Source of the DNA: an uncultured Sphingobacterium sp.
Lineage (GTDB): Bacteria > Bacteroidota > Bacteroidia > Chitinophagales > Chitinophagaceae
Assembly (NCBI GenBank): GCA_964631755.1
Contig: CAZVYI010000004.1
Location: 1 to 48,446 of the forward strand
Direction of reading: 5' to 3'
DNA length: 48,446 nt
In this document: in pieces, positions 1 through 10,274 of the stretch
Layout: the number at the start of each line of letters is the position of its first letter
How positions within the stretch are numbered: the first letter of the stretch is position 1
Program-made: the position numbers and the translations under genes
The notes under the pieces: model-generated
What the model was told of the DNA's origin: nothing
Database searches by the model: none
The model's input: the letters and a program-made list of their open reading frames with translations, nothing else

Positions 1-811
1 CATCCAATGGAACCAATGGTCTCAATTCTGGTGGAATAACAGGGATATATTGCATAACCATCCACTCAGGGCGGTTATTGATTCTGCTGTTGGCATCACG
101 GAAAGATTCAACTACACTCAAACGCTTTAGTGCATCCGCTTTACGTTGCTGAGAAGTTTCAGTAGCAGCAGCATTTCTAAGTGTATAACTCAATGAATCT
201 AAGTCGATTCTGAGCAATAAATCATGTACAGCTTCAGCGCCCATCTTGGCGATGAACTTATTTGGATCCTCATCAGGAAGATACTGATTCTCTTTTGGAA
301 GAGTATCCAACAAGTCTAAATATTCTTCTTCAGTAAGCAAGTCACCTTGCTTCTTTCCTTTCTCTTCAACAATACCTGGTTGAATTACTACGAAACGCTC
401 ATAGTAAATTATGCTCTCCAGCTTCTTCGAACTGATCCCCAACAGGTATCCAATCTTGTTTGGCAGACTCTTGAAGTACCAGATATGTACCACGGGAACC
501 ACCAACTTGATGTGGCCCATTCTCTCTCTTCTTACTTTCTTTTCAGTTACTTCTACACCGCATCTGTCGCAGACAATGCCTTTGTAGCGTATTCTTTTAT
601 ACTTTCCACAAGCACATTCATAATCTTTCACCGGACCAAAGATCTTTTCACAGAACAAACCGTCGCGCTCTGGCTTGTATGTTCTGTAGTTAATGGTCTC
701 TGGTTTCAGCACTTCACCAAAAGATCTATCAAGGATAGAATCCGGAGAAGCAAGGCTGATGGTAATCTTTGAAAATGAAGATTTCGGGCGATTGTCTTTT
801 TTGATAGCCAT
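1..811 (-). CDS. rpoC: DNA-directed RNA polymerase beta' subunit, N-terminal part (runs off the window start; missing from the ORF track)
   Basis: Manual translation from ATG at 811: [88 protein letters not shown]...RRERMGHI...[14 protein letters not shown]. This is the classic beta' zinc-binding N-terminus. Confidence 0.98.
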   Translation of the reverse strand, partial: MAIKKDNRPKSSFSKITISLASPDSILDRSFGEVLKPETINYRTYKPERDGLFCEKIFGPVKDYECACGKYKRIRYKGIVCDRCGVEVTEKKVRRERMGHIKLVVPVVHIWYFKSLPNKIGYLLGISSKKLESIIYYERFVVIQPGIVEEKGKKQGDLLTEEEYLDLLDTLPKENQYLPDEDPNKFIAKMGAEAVHDLLLRIDLDSLSYTLRNAAATETSQQRKADALKRLSVVESFRDANSRINNRPEWMVMQYIPVIPPELRPLVPLD

Positions 812-953
812 AATAAGTTATCTGTTTTTACAATTTTCTAGCGCCGCAAATACCTATCTGTCCGACTCTATCGACGGATAAATGTTATTGAATATCAATA
901 ACTTATATTAGAACAGATTTGGAAAAATACGGGCATGCCAAATTTAAGGATGG

Positions 954-984
954 CAAAGGTAGTCAAAATGGCTGAATTTACAAT
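954..984 (-). promoter_or_regulatory. Bacteroidota sigma-A-type promoter for rpoC
   Basis: Minus strand: ATTG (981-984), a 19-nt spacer, then TACCTTTG (954-961), matching TTTG-N19-21-TAnnTTTG. Confidence 0.7.
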
Positions 985-1011
985 AAATTTCTTCTTAGAA
1001 ATGAGAGTACT

Positions 1012-2571
1012 TCACCCTTCCGTTTCCTCTGGCATTCTGTTGCGAAAGTGAGCCGCTATGATTTCCTGAACAGGCACCCCTTTTATTTTGCTTTCAAGCC
1101 AGGAAAGGATGTCCAGGTACATGAATGAGCGACTTTCTGTTGGGCTACCCTCTAACTTTTTCAATTTCTCGAAAAGAGCCTCAAATCCAACTCTTATTTC
1201 CTTTTTTGAATAGCTGAAAGAGCTTTTGATAAATGCAAAAATCTCATTTTCCACTGTTGTCAGGTTCTTGAGCTTAGACATGAATCGGTAAACTGACCTA
1301 ACCTGACTTTCCAGAATTGCATCATTACCAAGCTCATAATGGGAAATCAGGTGTAATAATCTCGCATAACATTGTAGATCAGATCGTAAATCTGCTTTCC
1401 AATGGATGATTTTATTGAGATAAGTAACTGCATTATCAAAATCTCCGCAACCAAAAAACAGGCAAGCAAATTTGTAGTAAAAAACTAAAGTACGGTGTCT
1501 ATCCAGCTGCATTTCAAAACTGGAAAGTTTTTCTTCAATTTCAGGAATGAGTTTCAGTCCTTCAGAAAAACTTCCTTCCAAAAAATGATGATTCAACTTG
1601 GCCAAATAGAGGTATACAAACGACTGTACCTGATTATTGATATTGGCCATCCCCTCCTTAGAAGTGTAAAATGCTTCAAAACGCTCAATGTCTTTTACAA
1701 ATTTTTTATCGTTCCTCAACATGAAATGAGCATTCAAAAGATTGTGCATTCCTTTGATAAAATGTTGAGGTTCAACTTTGATCATTTGAGGTTCTTTGTC
1801 GAACAAATCCACCCAACGCTGACAGTTTCGATAATACGTAAGGAAGTCCTGTAGAATAAATCCATACCAGGCTTGACTTTGATAGTAATAAAGTCTTTCA
1901 TAAAAACCTGAATATTCCTGGGCTTCTGAAGGCATATTGGCATTGTAAAATTGCTTTAACGCCACAATTTCTTCTTCATCCCTAACATGCCCATTTTTTA
2001 TATACCATCCATACAATTGCAGAGCGAGGTTACTGAGCTTGCCAACCATAGTCAATCGCTCATTAAGTTCATTGACTTCATTTGCAAGTTCTTCTGCTCG
2101 GTGTTCAAAACTTCTGGTAATATGAAGTGTTTCAATTTTCTTTTCAAAGAAAAGAGCCTGCACCCAGAAAGTAATTTGGTTGTAACTCTTGGCTAGGTCC
2201 TTTGTCCTTTGCAACAATTTAAGACTTTGGTGGTAAAGACCTTTGTTGTAGAGGATTCTGGCATGTTCAAGTTGTTCGTGCAATTGTATGTCGACTGCCT
2301 GTTCAGATTTGATGAGGCTCAGGCTGACTAAAATTTGCTTATACAAATGGGCTTTTAAGTTAGAGAGTTGCTGTTTTTGAATAGCTGGATTTTTCTTCAG
2401 CAACACATCCTCATCATAAGCCTCCATTTTATCCAATGCATCAAAAAGCAAGGTGATTTTGAGGTCTTCTGCACCTGCATTACGACTCACATACAGCTTA
2501 AAATTGCGTTTTTCCCCTTTTTCAAGAGTTTTTATCAGTTGAAACAATTCATCAGCAGTTCTGTTGGGCAT
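1012..2571 (-). CDS. Conserved hypothetical all-helical/TPR-like protein; candidate transcriptional regulator
   Basis: 519-aa ORF. Basic helical N-terminal domain (LFQLIKTLEKGEKRNFKLY...LSNLKAHLYKQIL) followed by TPR-like repeats (ARILYNKGLYHQSLKLL, ACLFFGCGDFDNAVTYLNKI, LISHYELGND). No signal peptide or TM segment; divergent from leuA. Confidence 0.8.
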   Translation of the reverse strand: MPNRTADELFQLIKTLEKGEKRNFKLYVSRNAGAEDLKITLLFDALDKMEAYDEDVLLKKNPAIQKQQLSNLKAHLYKQILVSLSLIKSEQAVDIQLHEQLEHARILYNKGLYHQSLKLLQRTKDLAKSYNQITFWVQALFFEKKIETLHITRSFEHRAEELANEVNELNERLTMVGKLSNLALQLYGWYIKNGHVRDEEEIVALKQFYNANMPSEAQEYSGFYERLYYYQSQAWYGFILQDFLTYYRNCQRWVDLFDKEPQMIKVEPQHFIKGMHNLLNAHFMLRNDKKFVKDIERFEAFYTSKEGMANINNQVQSFVYLYLAKLNHHFLEGSFSEGLKLIPEIEEKLSSFEMQLDRHRTLVFYYKFACLFFGCGDFDNAVTYLNKIIHWKADLRSDLQCYARLLHLISHYELGNDAILESQVRSVYRFMSKLKNLTTVENEIFAFIKSSFSYSKKEIRVGFEALFEKLKKLEGSPTESRSFMYLDILSWLESKIKGVPVQEIIAAHFRNRMPEETEG

Positions 2572-2692
2572 CGTAATTATCTTTCTTTAAAAACCGCTAC
2601 AGCACTGAATTTCATGTAAATAACAAGCGGTTACAAAGCGTAAATTACGACCCATTTTGGGTAAATCCGAAAAAATGATTGGTTTAAATTAG
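2572..2692. promoter_or_regulatory. Divergent control region with palindromic and phased operator-like motifs
   Basis: Perfect palindrome CGTAA-A-TTACG (2639-2649), variant TGTAAATAACA (2615-2625), GTAAAT (2661-2666), CGTAATTAT (2572-2580), and inverted repeat AACCGCT (2592-2598)/AGCGGTT (2626-2632). Confidence 0.5.
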
Positions 2693-2738
2693 CCTAGGGG
2701 TTTATGTGTTTAAGATTCAATCCCTTAAAAAGTTGTTT

Positions 2739-3905
2739 ATGGCTGAGAACCGAATTTTCATTTTTGATACTACCCTCAGAGATGGAGAACAAGTACCTGG
2801 ATGCAAATTGAATACAAAAGAAAAAATTGAATTGGCATTGGCATTGGAAGACCTTGGTGTAGATATTATAGAAGCAGGCTTTCCCATTTCAAGTCCGGGT
2901 GACTATGAATCAGTGGAAGCCATCGCAAAAATTATTAAAAATGCGACGGTCTGTGGATTGAGCCGTGCCGTAGAAAAAGATATTGAAGTGGCTGGCGCAG
3001 CTCTAAAACATGCACAAAGGGGAAGAATTCATACCGGAATAGGTACATCAGATTCTCATATCAAAAGTAAATTCAACAGCAACAGAGAAGACATCTTAAC
3101 CAGGGCTGTACAGGCTGTAAAGTGGGCCAGAAATTATACAGATGATGTTGAGTTTTATGCTGAAGATGCAGGAAGAACTGACAATGATTATTTAGCCCGT
3201 GTTGTAGAAGCAGTGATAGCAGCAGGAGCAACTACAGTTAATATACCCGATACAACTGGCTACTGTCTGCCTACACAATATGGCGAGAAGATTGCCTTTT
3301 TAATGAACAATGTGCCGAATATAGATAAAGCAATTATATCCTGTCATTGTCACAATGATCTTGGTTTAGCAACAGCAAATTCTATTTATGGTGCTATCAA
3401 TGGTGCAAGGCAAATAGAATGCACAATTAATGGTTTAGGAGAAAGAGCTGGTAATACATCTTTGGAGGAAGTAGTTATGGTTTTAAAACAACACGCTCAT
3501 CTTGCTTTAACTACAGGAATTGATGCAACTAAACTGAACCCAGTCAGTCAGCTCGTATCCGATACCATGCGCATGCCAGTCCAACCGAATAAAGCAATCG
3601 TTGGAGCCAACGCCTTTTCACATTCATCAGGTATCCACCAAGATGGATTTTTGAAAGATGCACAAACCTATGAAATCATCAGACCAGAAGAAGTTGGTGC
3701 TGAAACATCAAAAATTGTTTTAACAGCAAGAAGCGGAAGATCAGCGCTGGCCTATCGATTTAAAAATCTCGGATTTATATTCGACAGAAATGATATTGAT
3801 GAACTCTATGAGCAATTTTTAAATCTGGCTGATTCATTAAAAGCCGTGGAAGATGAAAACCTCAGTCAACTGGCCAATACGTATCTCAATAAAAAATCCG
3901 CCTAA
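2739..3905 (+). CDS. leuA: 2-isopropylmalate synthase, short form lacking the C-terminal regulatory domain
   Basis: [28 protein letters not shown] and GERAGN motifs; about 388 aa. Start placed at ATG 2739 (MAENRIF) rather than the ORF-track GTG at 2706. Confidence 0.92.
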   Translation: MAENRIFIFDTTLRDGEQVPGCKLNTKEKIELALALEDLGVDIIEAGFPISSPGDYESVEAIAKIIKNATVCGLSRAVEKDIEVAGAALKHAQRGRIHTGIGTSDSHIKSKFNSNREDILTRAVQAVKWARNYTDDVEFYAEDAGRTDNDYLARVVEAVIAAGATTVNIPDTTGYCLPTQYGEKIAFLMNNVPNIDKAIISCHCHNDLGLATANSIYGAINGARQIECTINGLGERAGNTSLEEVVMVLKQHAHLALTTGIDATKLNPVSQLVSDTMRMPVQPNKAIVGANAFSHSSGIHQDGFLKDAQTYEIIRPEEVGAETSKIVLTARSGRSALAYRFKNLGFIFDRNDIDELYEQFLNLADSLKAVEDENLSQLANTYLNKKSA

Positions 3906-5026
3906 TGATTGTAAACCTCAATATAGCAGTTTTACCCGGAGATGGTATTGGACCAGAAGTTATCCATCAAACAACCCGTGTTCTAGATACTGTAGCTAAA
4001 AAATATGGCCATGTATTCAATTTTGAATTTGGCGATATCGGAGCTGCAGCAATTGAAAAATATGGTGAGCCGCTCACGAAAGAAGTATTGGACAGCTGCT
4101 TGAAGAGTGATGCAATTTTATTTGGAGCCGTAGGTGAACCTCAATACGACCAGAACCCTAATGTTGCAATAAGACCAGAACAAGGCTTGTTTAAGCTGAG
4201 AAAATCACTCGGATTATTCGCCAATGTTCGTCCTGTTAAAGCATACCCCTCTCTTCATTATTTATCTCCACTGAAATCAAAAAACCTGGAAAATGTAGAT
4301 ATCATGATTCTCAGGGAATTAACCGGGGGAATATATTTTGGCAAAAAGGAATTGAGTAATGAAAAGCAAGAAGCATCAGATGTTTGCATCTACAATACAG
4401 ATGAAATCACTCGTGTTACCCATATTGCTTTTAAATATGCTTTGCAAAGAAAACGCAAACTCACACTGGTTGACAAAGCCAATGTGATGGAAACATCAAG
4501 GCTCTGGAGAAAAACTGTTGGAGAAATTGCATTGAACTATCCGGAGGTACAGTTAGAATACATGTACATCGACAACGCAGCAATTCAATTGATCACTAAT
4601 CCAAAGCAATTTGATGTGATTCTTACGGAAAATTTATTTGGCGATATACTAAGCGATGAATCCAGTGCTCTTGCTGGTTCACTAGGATTGCTGCCATCTG
4701 CATCTTTTGGTGAAGGCCCTCCCCTTTTTGAGCCCATCCATGGCTCATTCAATGATGCAAAAGGTAAAGATCTTGCCAACCCCATTGGAGCAATTTTGTC
4801 AGCAGCTATGCTGCTATCACATTTTGGATTAACCGATGAAGCTGATCATGTGAAAGATGCAATTGCCTGGACAATCGAAAATGCATTTGTAACAAAAGAT
4901 CTGGATCCAGTCAATTTTTACTTTACCTCAACGATTGGCGAATTGATATGCGACCACATCATGAACAAAAGCAATGTTTCAATAAATAAAGAAAATATAC
5001 AAATCAGAAAATCAACAATCATTTAA
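3905..5026 (+). CDS. leuB: 3-isopropylmalate dehydrogenase
   Basis: [35 protein letters not shown] and EPIHGS motifs; TAATG overlap with leuA. Confidence 0.96.
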   Translation: MIVNLNIAVLPGDGIGPEVIHQTTRVLDTVAKKYGHVFNFEFGDIGAAAIEKYGEPLTKEVLDSCLKSDAILFGAVGEPQYDQNPNVAIRPEQGLFKLRKSLGLFANVRPVKAYPSLHYLSPLKSKNLENVDIMILRELTGGIYFGKKELSNEKQEASDVCIYNTDEITRVTHIAFKYALQRKRKLTLVDKANVMETSRLWRKTVGEIALNYPEVQLEYMYIDNAAIQLITNPKQFDVILTENLFGDILSDESSALAGSLGLLPSASFGEGPPLFEPIHGSFNDAKGKDLANPIGAILSAAMLLSHFGLTDEADHVKDAIAWTIENAFVTKDLDPVNFYFTSTIGELICDHIMNKSNVSINKENIQIRKSTII

Positions 5027-5030
5027 AAAT

Positions 5031-6731
5031 ATGGAACTGAATAAATATAGTAAAACAATCACCCAGGATCCGACACAACCTGCTGCACAAGCAATGTTGT
5101 ATGGCATCGGTTTAACAGATGATGATTTGAAAAAACCACAGGTTGGAGTATGTAGTATGGGGTATGATGGAAACACCTGCAACATGCACTTAAACGATCT
5201 TGCAAAAATTGTTAAAGAAAGTGTTTGGGCAAATGAGATGGTGGGTTTAATATTTAATACGATAGGCGTAAGCGACGGAATAAGCAATGGGACAGACGGC
5301 ATGAGATATTCACTGGTTAGCCGCGATTTAATTGCAGATAGTATTGAAGCAGTATGTGGTGCACACTACTATGATGGCATTATTGCAGTACCAGGTTGCG
5401 ATAAAAATATGCCAGGTTCAATCATTGCTATGGGAAGATTGAACCGGCCGTCTATCATGGTATACGGAGGTACAATCGCGCCAGGTCATTACAAAGGAGA
5501 GGAACTCAATATTGTATCAGCGTTTGAAGCTCTGGGTAAAAAAATTGCAGGTAATTTGGATGAAGCAGATTTCAAAGGCATCATCATGAACGCTTGCCCT
5601 GGACCAGGTGCTTGTGGTGGAATGTACACTGCCAATACAATGGCAAGTGCAATCGAAGCCTTAGGAATGAGTTTACCCTACTCATCATCCAATCCAGCGT
5701 TGAGTGATGAAAAAAAACACGAATGCAAGCGCGCGGGAGAAGCTATTAAAATTTTGCTGGAAAAAGATATCAAGCCTTCAGACATCATGACTTACAAGGC
5801 ATTTGAAAATGCAGTAACAGTGATCATGAGCCTGGGTGGGTCAACCAATGCTGTTCTTCATTTAATTGCTATGGCGTGGAGTATCGATATACCATGGACC
5901 CAAGATGATATTCAGCGCATCAGCGATAAGGTACCAGTACTTGCTGACTTAAAACCCAGTGGAAAATATTTAATGGAAGATGTACATAAGATTGGAGGCG
6001 TACCAGCTGTAATGAAATATTTATTAAAACATGGATTCATCCATGGTGATTGTTTAACTGTAACGGGCAAGACTATAGCCGAAAATTTAGCTGATGTACC
6101 GGACCTTGAATTTGAAAATCAGAAAGTCATTCATCCGTTGCAAGAACCTATCAAAGCAACAGGGCATCTACAGATATTATATGGTAACCTTGCTGAAAAA
6201 GGAAGTGTTGCAAAAATCAGTGGTAAAGAAGGAGAGTTTTTTGAAGGACCAGCTCGTGTTTTTGATGGAGAACAAGAATTAATCGCAGGCATTCAAAACG
6301 GCAGAGTAAAGGCCGGAGATGTTGTTGTAATCAGATATGTTGGCCCACGCGGAGGTCCGGGCATGCCTGAAATGCTGAAGCCAACATCAGCAATTATTGG
6401 AGCTGGATTGGGCAAATCTGTTGCTTTGATCACAGATGGACGTTTCAGCGGCGGTACACATGGATTTGTAGTAGGACATATCACACCAGAAGCCTATGAC
6501 GGTGGTTTAATTGCAATGGTTCAGGATGGTGATGCAATTGAATTAGATGTTAAAGAAAGAACCATAACACTTAAGGTTGCTGATGAAGAACTTGCAAAAC
6601 GAAAAGCAGCATGGAAAAAACCACCACTAAATGCGAAGAAAGGATTGCTTTTCAAATTTGCACAGCGTACCACAACGGCAGCTCAAGGATGTGTAACGGA
6701 TGCATTACCGGAAGGCAAGAACCTGAAATAA
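5031..6731 (+). CDS. ilvD: Dihydroxy-acid dehydratase
   Basis: [32 protein letters not shown] and [11 protein letters not shown] motifs. Confidence 0.97.
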   Translation: MELNKYSKTITQDPTQPAAQAMLYGIGLTDDDLKKPQVGVCSMGYDGNTCNMHLNDLAKIVKESVWANEMVGLIFNTIGVSDGISNGTDGMRYSLVSRDLIADSIEAVCGAHYYDGIIAVPGCDKNMPGSIIAMGRLNRPSIMVYGGTIAPGHYKGEELNIVSAFEALGKKIAGNLDEADFKGIIMNACPGPGACGGMYTANTMASAIEALGMSLPYSSSNPALSDEKKHECKRAGEAIKILLEKDIKPSDIMTYKAFENAVTVIMSLGGSTNAVLHLIAMAWSIDIPWTQDDIQRISDKVPVLADLKPSGKYLMEDVHKIGGVPAVMKYLLKHGFIHGDCLTVTGKTIAENLADVPDLEFENQKVIHPLQEPIKATGHLQILYGNLAEKGSVAKISGKEGEFFEGPARVFDGEQELIAGIQNGRVKAGDVVVIRYVGPRGGPGMPEMLKPTSAIIGAGLGKSVALITDGRFSGGTHGFVVGHITPEAYDGGLIAMVQDGDAIELDVKERTITLKVADEELAKRKAAWKKPPLNAKKGLLFKFAQRTTTAAQGCVTDALPEGKNLK

Positions 6732-6743
6732 TAAGTTATTTGT

Positions 6744-8498
6744 ATGAATACAACAATTGATAAGCAATCAAAAATTGATAGCAATAGATATCCGGACGAT
6801 GTTCAAATACAAGAACTTTCTGGTGCTCAAGCAGTATTAAAAGCTTGTATAGCTGAGGGTGTTGACACCATTTTTGGATACCCAGGAGGAGCCATTATGC
6901 CAATTTATGATGCTCTTTACGATTACCGTGATCAGCTGGAACATATTCTTGTTAGACACGAACAAGGTGGTATTCATGCCGGTCAGGGTTATGCAAGAAC
7001 CTCAGGCCGAACAGGTGTTGTTTTTGCCACAAGTGGTCCTGGTGCAACCAATCTAGTGACTGGACTTGCCGATGCATTAATTGACTCAACACCATTGGTA
7101 TGCATCACAGGTCAGGTGTTCGCGCATTTATTGGGGACTGATGCATTTCAGGAAACTGATGTAATCAACATCACCACACCCGTAACCAAATGGAATTATC
7201 AGGTGACAGATGCCAATGAAATTCCAGAAGCACTTGCCAAGGCATTTTACATTGCCAATAGCGGAAGACCTGGTCCGGTTTTAATCGATATCACCAAAAA
7301 CGCACAACTCCAAAAGTTTAATTTTACTGGATACACAACTTGCAATCACATCAGAAGCTACAGACCGAAGCCTGTTGTGAGAAAAGAATATACTGAAGCT
7401 GCTGCAGCCATGATCAACAAGGCAGAGCGACCACTAGTCATTTTTGGGCAGGGTGTAATACTTGGACGTGCTGAAAGTGAATTCAAAGCCTTTATTGAAA
7501 AATCTGGCATGCCTGCAGCCTGGACCATACTGGGCTTGAGTGCATTATCTACAGACCATCCTTTGAATGTTGGTATGCTGGGTATGCATGGTAATTACGG
7601 CCCCAATGTACTCACCAACGAATGTGATGTGTTGATTGCAGTGGGAATGCGTTTTGATGATCGCGTTACAGGTAGACTTGACCGATATGCAAAACAGGCT
7701 AAAGTAATTCATCTGGACATAGACCCTTCAGAAATCGACAAAAACGTAAAAGCAGATGTGCCAGTTTGGGGAGACTGTAAAGAAACACTTCCCATGATTA
7801 CGGATTTACTGGAGAAAAAAGACCACAGCCAATGGTTACAAAAATTCAACGAGTGTACACAAAAAGAGATGGAGGCGGTCATTAATGAAGAACTTCACCC
7901 GTCAACCGATATACTTACCATGGGAGAGGTCATCGAGCAGCTTAATCTGCTCACTAAAGGGGATGCCGTTATCGTTACCGATGTAGGTCAACACCAAATG
8001 GTAGCCTGTCGCTATTCAAAATTTAACCAGTCCAAGAGTAATGTTACTTCTGGCGGCTTAGGTACAATGGGCTTTGCTTTGCCTGCTGCGATTGGCGCAA
8101 AATATGGTGCCAAAGACAGAACTGTTATTGCGGTTATAGGCGATGGCGGTATTCAAATGACCATTCAGGAATTGGGGACCATTATGCAGAACAACATCAA
8201 CGTAAAAATCCTCATCCTGAACAACCGTTTCTTGGGTATGGTAAGGCAATGGCAGGATCTGTTCCATGAAAAAAGATACTCTTTTGTAGACATTGCCAGT
8301 CCTGACTATGTAACTGTAGCAAAAGGATATAAGATTGAAGGAAATTCCGTAGAGAAAAGAAAAGACCTTTTCAGTGCATTGGAAACCATGCTCAATCATG
8401 ATGGGCCATACTTGCTGGAAGTCTTTGTAGGAAAAGAAAACAATGTTTTCCCAATGGTTCCCCAAGGTTGTGGTGTTGGCGAAATCAGACTTAAATAA
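6744..8498 (+). CDS. ilvB: Acetolactate synthase large subunit
   Basis: IFGYPGGAI, RHEQG, TSGPGATN, GMRFDDRVTG, TDVGQHQM and the ThDP motif GDGG...NN; GMVRQWQ. Confidence 0.96.
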   Translation: MNTTIDKQSKIDSNRYPDDVQIQELSGAQAVLKACIAEGVDTIFGYPGGAIMPIYDALYDYRDQLEHILVRHEQGGIHAGQGYARTSGRTGVVFATSGPGATNLVTGLADALIDSTPLVCITGQVFAHLLGTDAFQETDVINITTPVTKWNYQVTDANEIPEALAKAFYIANSGRPGPVLIDITKNAQLQKFNFTGYTTCNHIRSYRPKPVVRKEYTEAAAAMINKAERPLVIFGQGVILGRAESEFKAFIEKSGMPAAWTILGLSALSTDHPLNVGMLGMHGNYGPNVLTNECDVLIAVGMRFDDRVTGRLDRYAKQAKVIHLDIDPSEIDKNVKADVPVWGDCKETLPMITDLLEKKDHSQWLQKFNECTQKEMEAVINEELHPSTDILTMGEVIEQLNLLTKGDAVIVTDVGQHQMVACRYSKFNQSKSNVTSGGLGTMGFALPAAIGAKYGAKDRTVIAVIGDGGIQMTIQELGTIMQNNINVKILILNNRFLGMVRQWQDLFHEKRYSFVDIASPDYVTVAKGYKIEGNSVEKRKDLFSALETMLNHDGPYLLEVFVGKENNVFPMVPQGCGVGEIRLK

Positions 8499-9092
8499 AT
8501 GACGATGAAACAGGAATATACACTGACCATTTATACAGAACACCAGGTGGGTCTATTAAATAGAATCGCCATCATGTTCTCGAGAAGAAAAATAAATATT
8601 GAAAGCCTCAATACCTCCCCATCAGAAGTTGAAGGAATACACCGATTTAACATTGTCATCAATGAAACAGAAGAAACTGTTAGAAAAATCGTAAGGCAAA
8701 TAGAAAAGCAAGTAGATGTATTGAAAGCCTATTTCAATACCAATGAAAATATTATTTGGCAGGAACTTGCCTTATACAAAGTACCTACCGATATTATTGC
8801 AGAAAAAGTAAAAGTGGAGAGGTTATTAAGAACCTATGGTGCAAGAGTTGTTGCTATTCGAAAAGATTATACCATTTTTGAAACAACTGGACAAAGAGAG
8901 GAAACCGACAGGTTAATAAAAGTTTTAGAACCCTATGGCTTAATTGAATTTGTAAGAAGTGCAAGAGTTGCAATCATCAAAGACAGCAAAGGCTTTCATG
9001 AAAAGCTAAAAGAATTTGAAATAACTGAACATCAGGAACATATCATTGACGAACCCATTTCAGCAGAAGAAGCAAATTCAAAAATCGTATAA
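8499..9092 (+). CDS. ilvN: Acetolactate synthase small (regulatory, ACT) subunit
   Basis: GLLNRIAIMFSRRKINIESL ACT domain and QELALYKV; abuts ilvB. Confidence 0.92.
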   Translation: MTMKQEYTLTIYTEHQVGLLNRIAIMFSRRKINIESLNTSPSEVEGIHRFNIVINETEETVRKIVRQIEKQVDVLKAYFNTNENIIWQELALYKVPTDIIAEKVKVERLLRTYGARVVAIRKDYTIFETTGQREETDRLIKVLEPYGLIEFVRSARVAIIKDSKGFHEKLKEFEITEHQEHIIDEPISAEEANSKIV

Positions 9093-9131
9093 CAACCAAA
9101 AAAATACAATTAAAACAACTAAACAAAAGTT

Positions 9132-10184
9132 ATGGCAAAATTAAATTTTGGAGGCACAGAAGAAAATGTAGTCACGCGTGAAGAATTTCCACTGGCAAAA
9201 GCACAGCGGGTACTCAAAGATGAAATTGTGGCAGTAATAGGATATGGCGTTCAAGGACCTGGCCAAGCATTGAACCAAAAAGAAAATGGAATCAATGTTA
9301 TTGTTGGTCAGCGCAAAAATTCAAAGACATGGGACAAAGCAATAGCAGACGGTTTTGTACCAGGAGAAACACTTTTTGAAATTGAAGAAGCATTGGAAAG
9401 AGGAACAATCATTTGCTACCTGCTGAGTGATGCTGCACAGATTGCTATGTGGCCAACTGTAAAGAAGCATTTAACACCCGGAAAAGCATTGTACTTTTCT
9501 CATGGCTTTGGTATCACCTATAATAATCAAACAGGTATCATCCCACCTGCAGATGTAGATGTTTTTCTTGTTGCTCCAAAAGGATCAGGAACATCACTAA
9601 GAAGAATGTTCTTACAAGGTAGAGGACTCAACTCCAGTTATGCCATCTTCCAGGATGCTACTGGCAGAGCAAAAGAAAGAGTTGTCGCACTTGGAATTGC
9701 AATTGGAAGTGGCTACTTATTTGAAACTGATTTCAAAAAAGAAGTATTTAGTGATCTTACTGGCGAAAGAGGAACTTTGATGGGTGCCATTCAGGGTATT
9801 TTCGCAGCGCAATATCAGGTACTAAGAGAAAGAGGCCACTCTCCTTCTGAAGCCTTCAATGAAACTGTTGAAGAATTAACACAATCACTCATGCCATTGG
9901 TTGCTGAAAATGGTATGGATTGGATGTATGCCAACTGCTCTACAACAGCTCAAAGAGGTGCTTTGGATTGGTGGAAAAAGTTCAAAGACGCTACCCTTCC
10001 AGTTTTTAATGACTTGTACGATAGTGTTGCCGCAGGTAAAGAAAGTCAGAGAAGTATTGACAGCAATTCACAGCCCGACTACAGAGAGAAACTTGAAGTT
10101 GAGCTAAAAGAATTGAGAGAGAGCGAAATGTGGCAAGCAGGTAAAACTGTGCGTAGCCTAAGACCTGAAAACCAGGGAAAATAA
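9132..10184 (+). CDS. ilvC: Ketol-acid reductoisomerase (Bacteroidota/fungal Ilv5-like type)
   Basis: VIGYGVQG, FSHGF, VAPKGSG, SDLTGERG, EAFNETVEE and CSTTAQRG motifs. Confidence 0.96.
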   Translation: MAKLNFGGTEENVVTREEFPLAKAQRVLKDEIVAVIGYGVQGPGQALNQKENGINVIVGQRKNSKTWDKAIADGFVPGETLFEIEEALERGTIICYLLSDAAQIAMWPTVKKHLTPGKALYFSHGFGITYNNQTGIIPPADVDVFLVAPKGSGTSLRRMFLQGRGLNSSYAIFQDATGRAKERVVALGIAIGSGYLFETDFKKEVFSDLTGERGTLMGAIQGIFAAQYQVLRERGHSPSEAFNETVEELTQSLMPLVAENGMDWMYANCSTTAQRGALDWWKKFKDATLPVFNDLYDSVAAGKESQRSIDSNSQPDYREKLEVELKELRESEMWQAGKTVRSLRPENQGK

Positions 10185-10212
10185 GCTTTTTGATTAACCC
10201 TTATAGCCTCCT

Positions 10213-10241
10213 GAGCAGTAAGAAATTACTGCTCTTTTTTT
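10213..10241 (+). terminator. Rho-independent terminator of the leu-ilv operon
   Basis: GAGCAGTAA-GAAA-TTACTGCTC (9-bp stem, GNRA loop) followed by T7. Confidence 0.9.
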
Positions 10242-10266
10242 ATGCCTAAAAATCGAACAGCTGCAC

Positions 10267-10274
10267 TATATTTG
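10267..10274 (+). promoter_or_regulatory. -7 promoter element of sucC
   Basis: TATATTTG (TAnnTTTG), ending 16 nt before the ATG. Confidence 0.65.

Noticed and set aside
347-881. Plus-strand ORFs of 141 and 62 aa
   Set aside because: Antisense shadows of rpoC, which the ORF track missed because it runs off the window.
2675-2811. Short uORFs before leuA (MIGLN*; Leu-containing [14 protein letters not shown]...) as a leu attenuator peptide
   Set aside because: No tandem Leu/Ile/Val run and no terminator or antiterminator; TTA codons are expected in AT-rich DNA.
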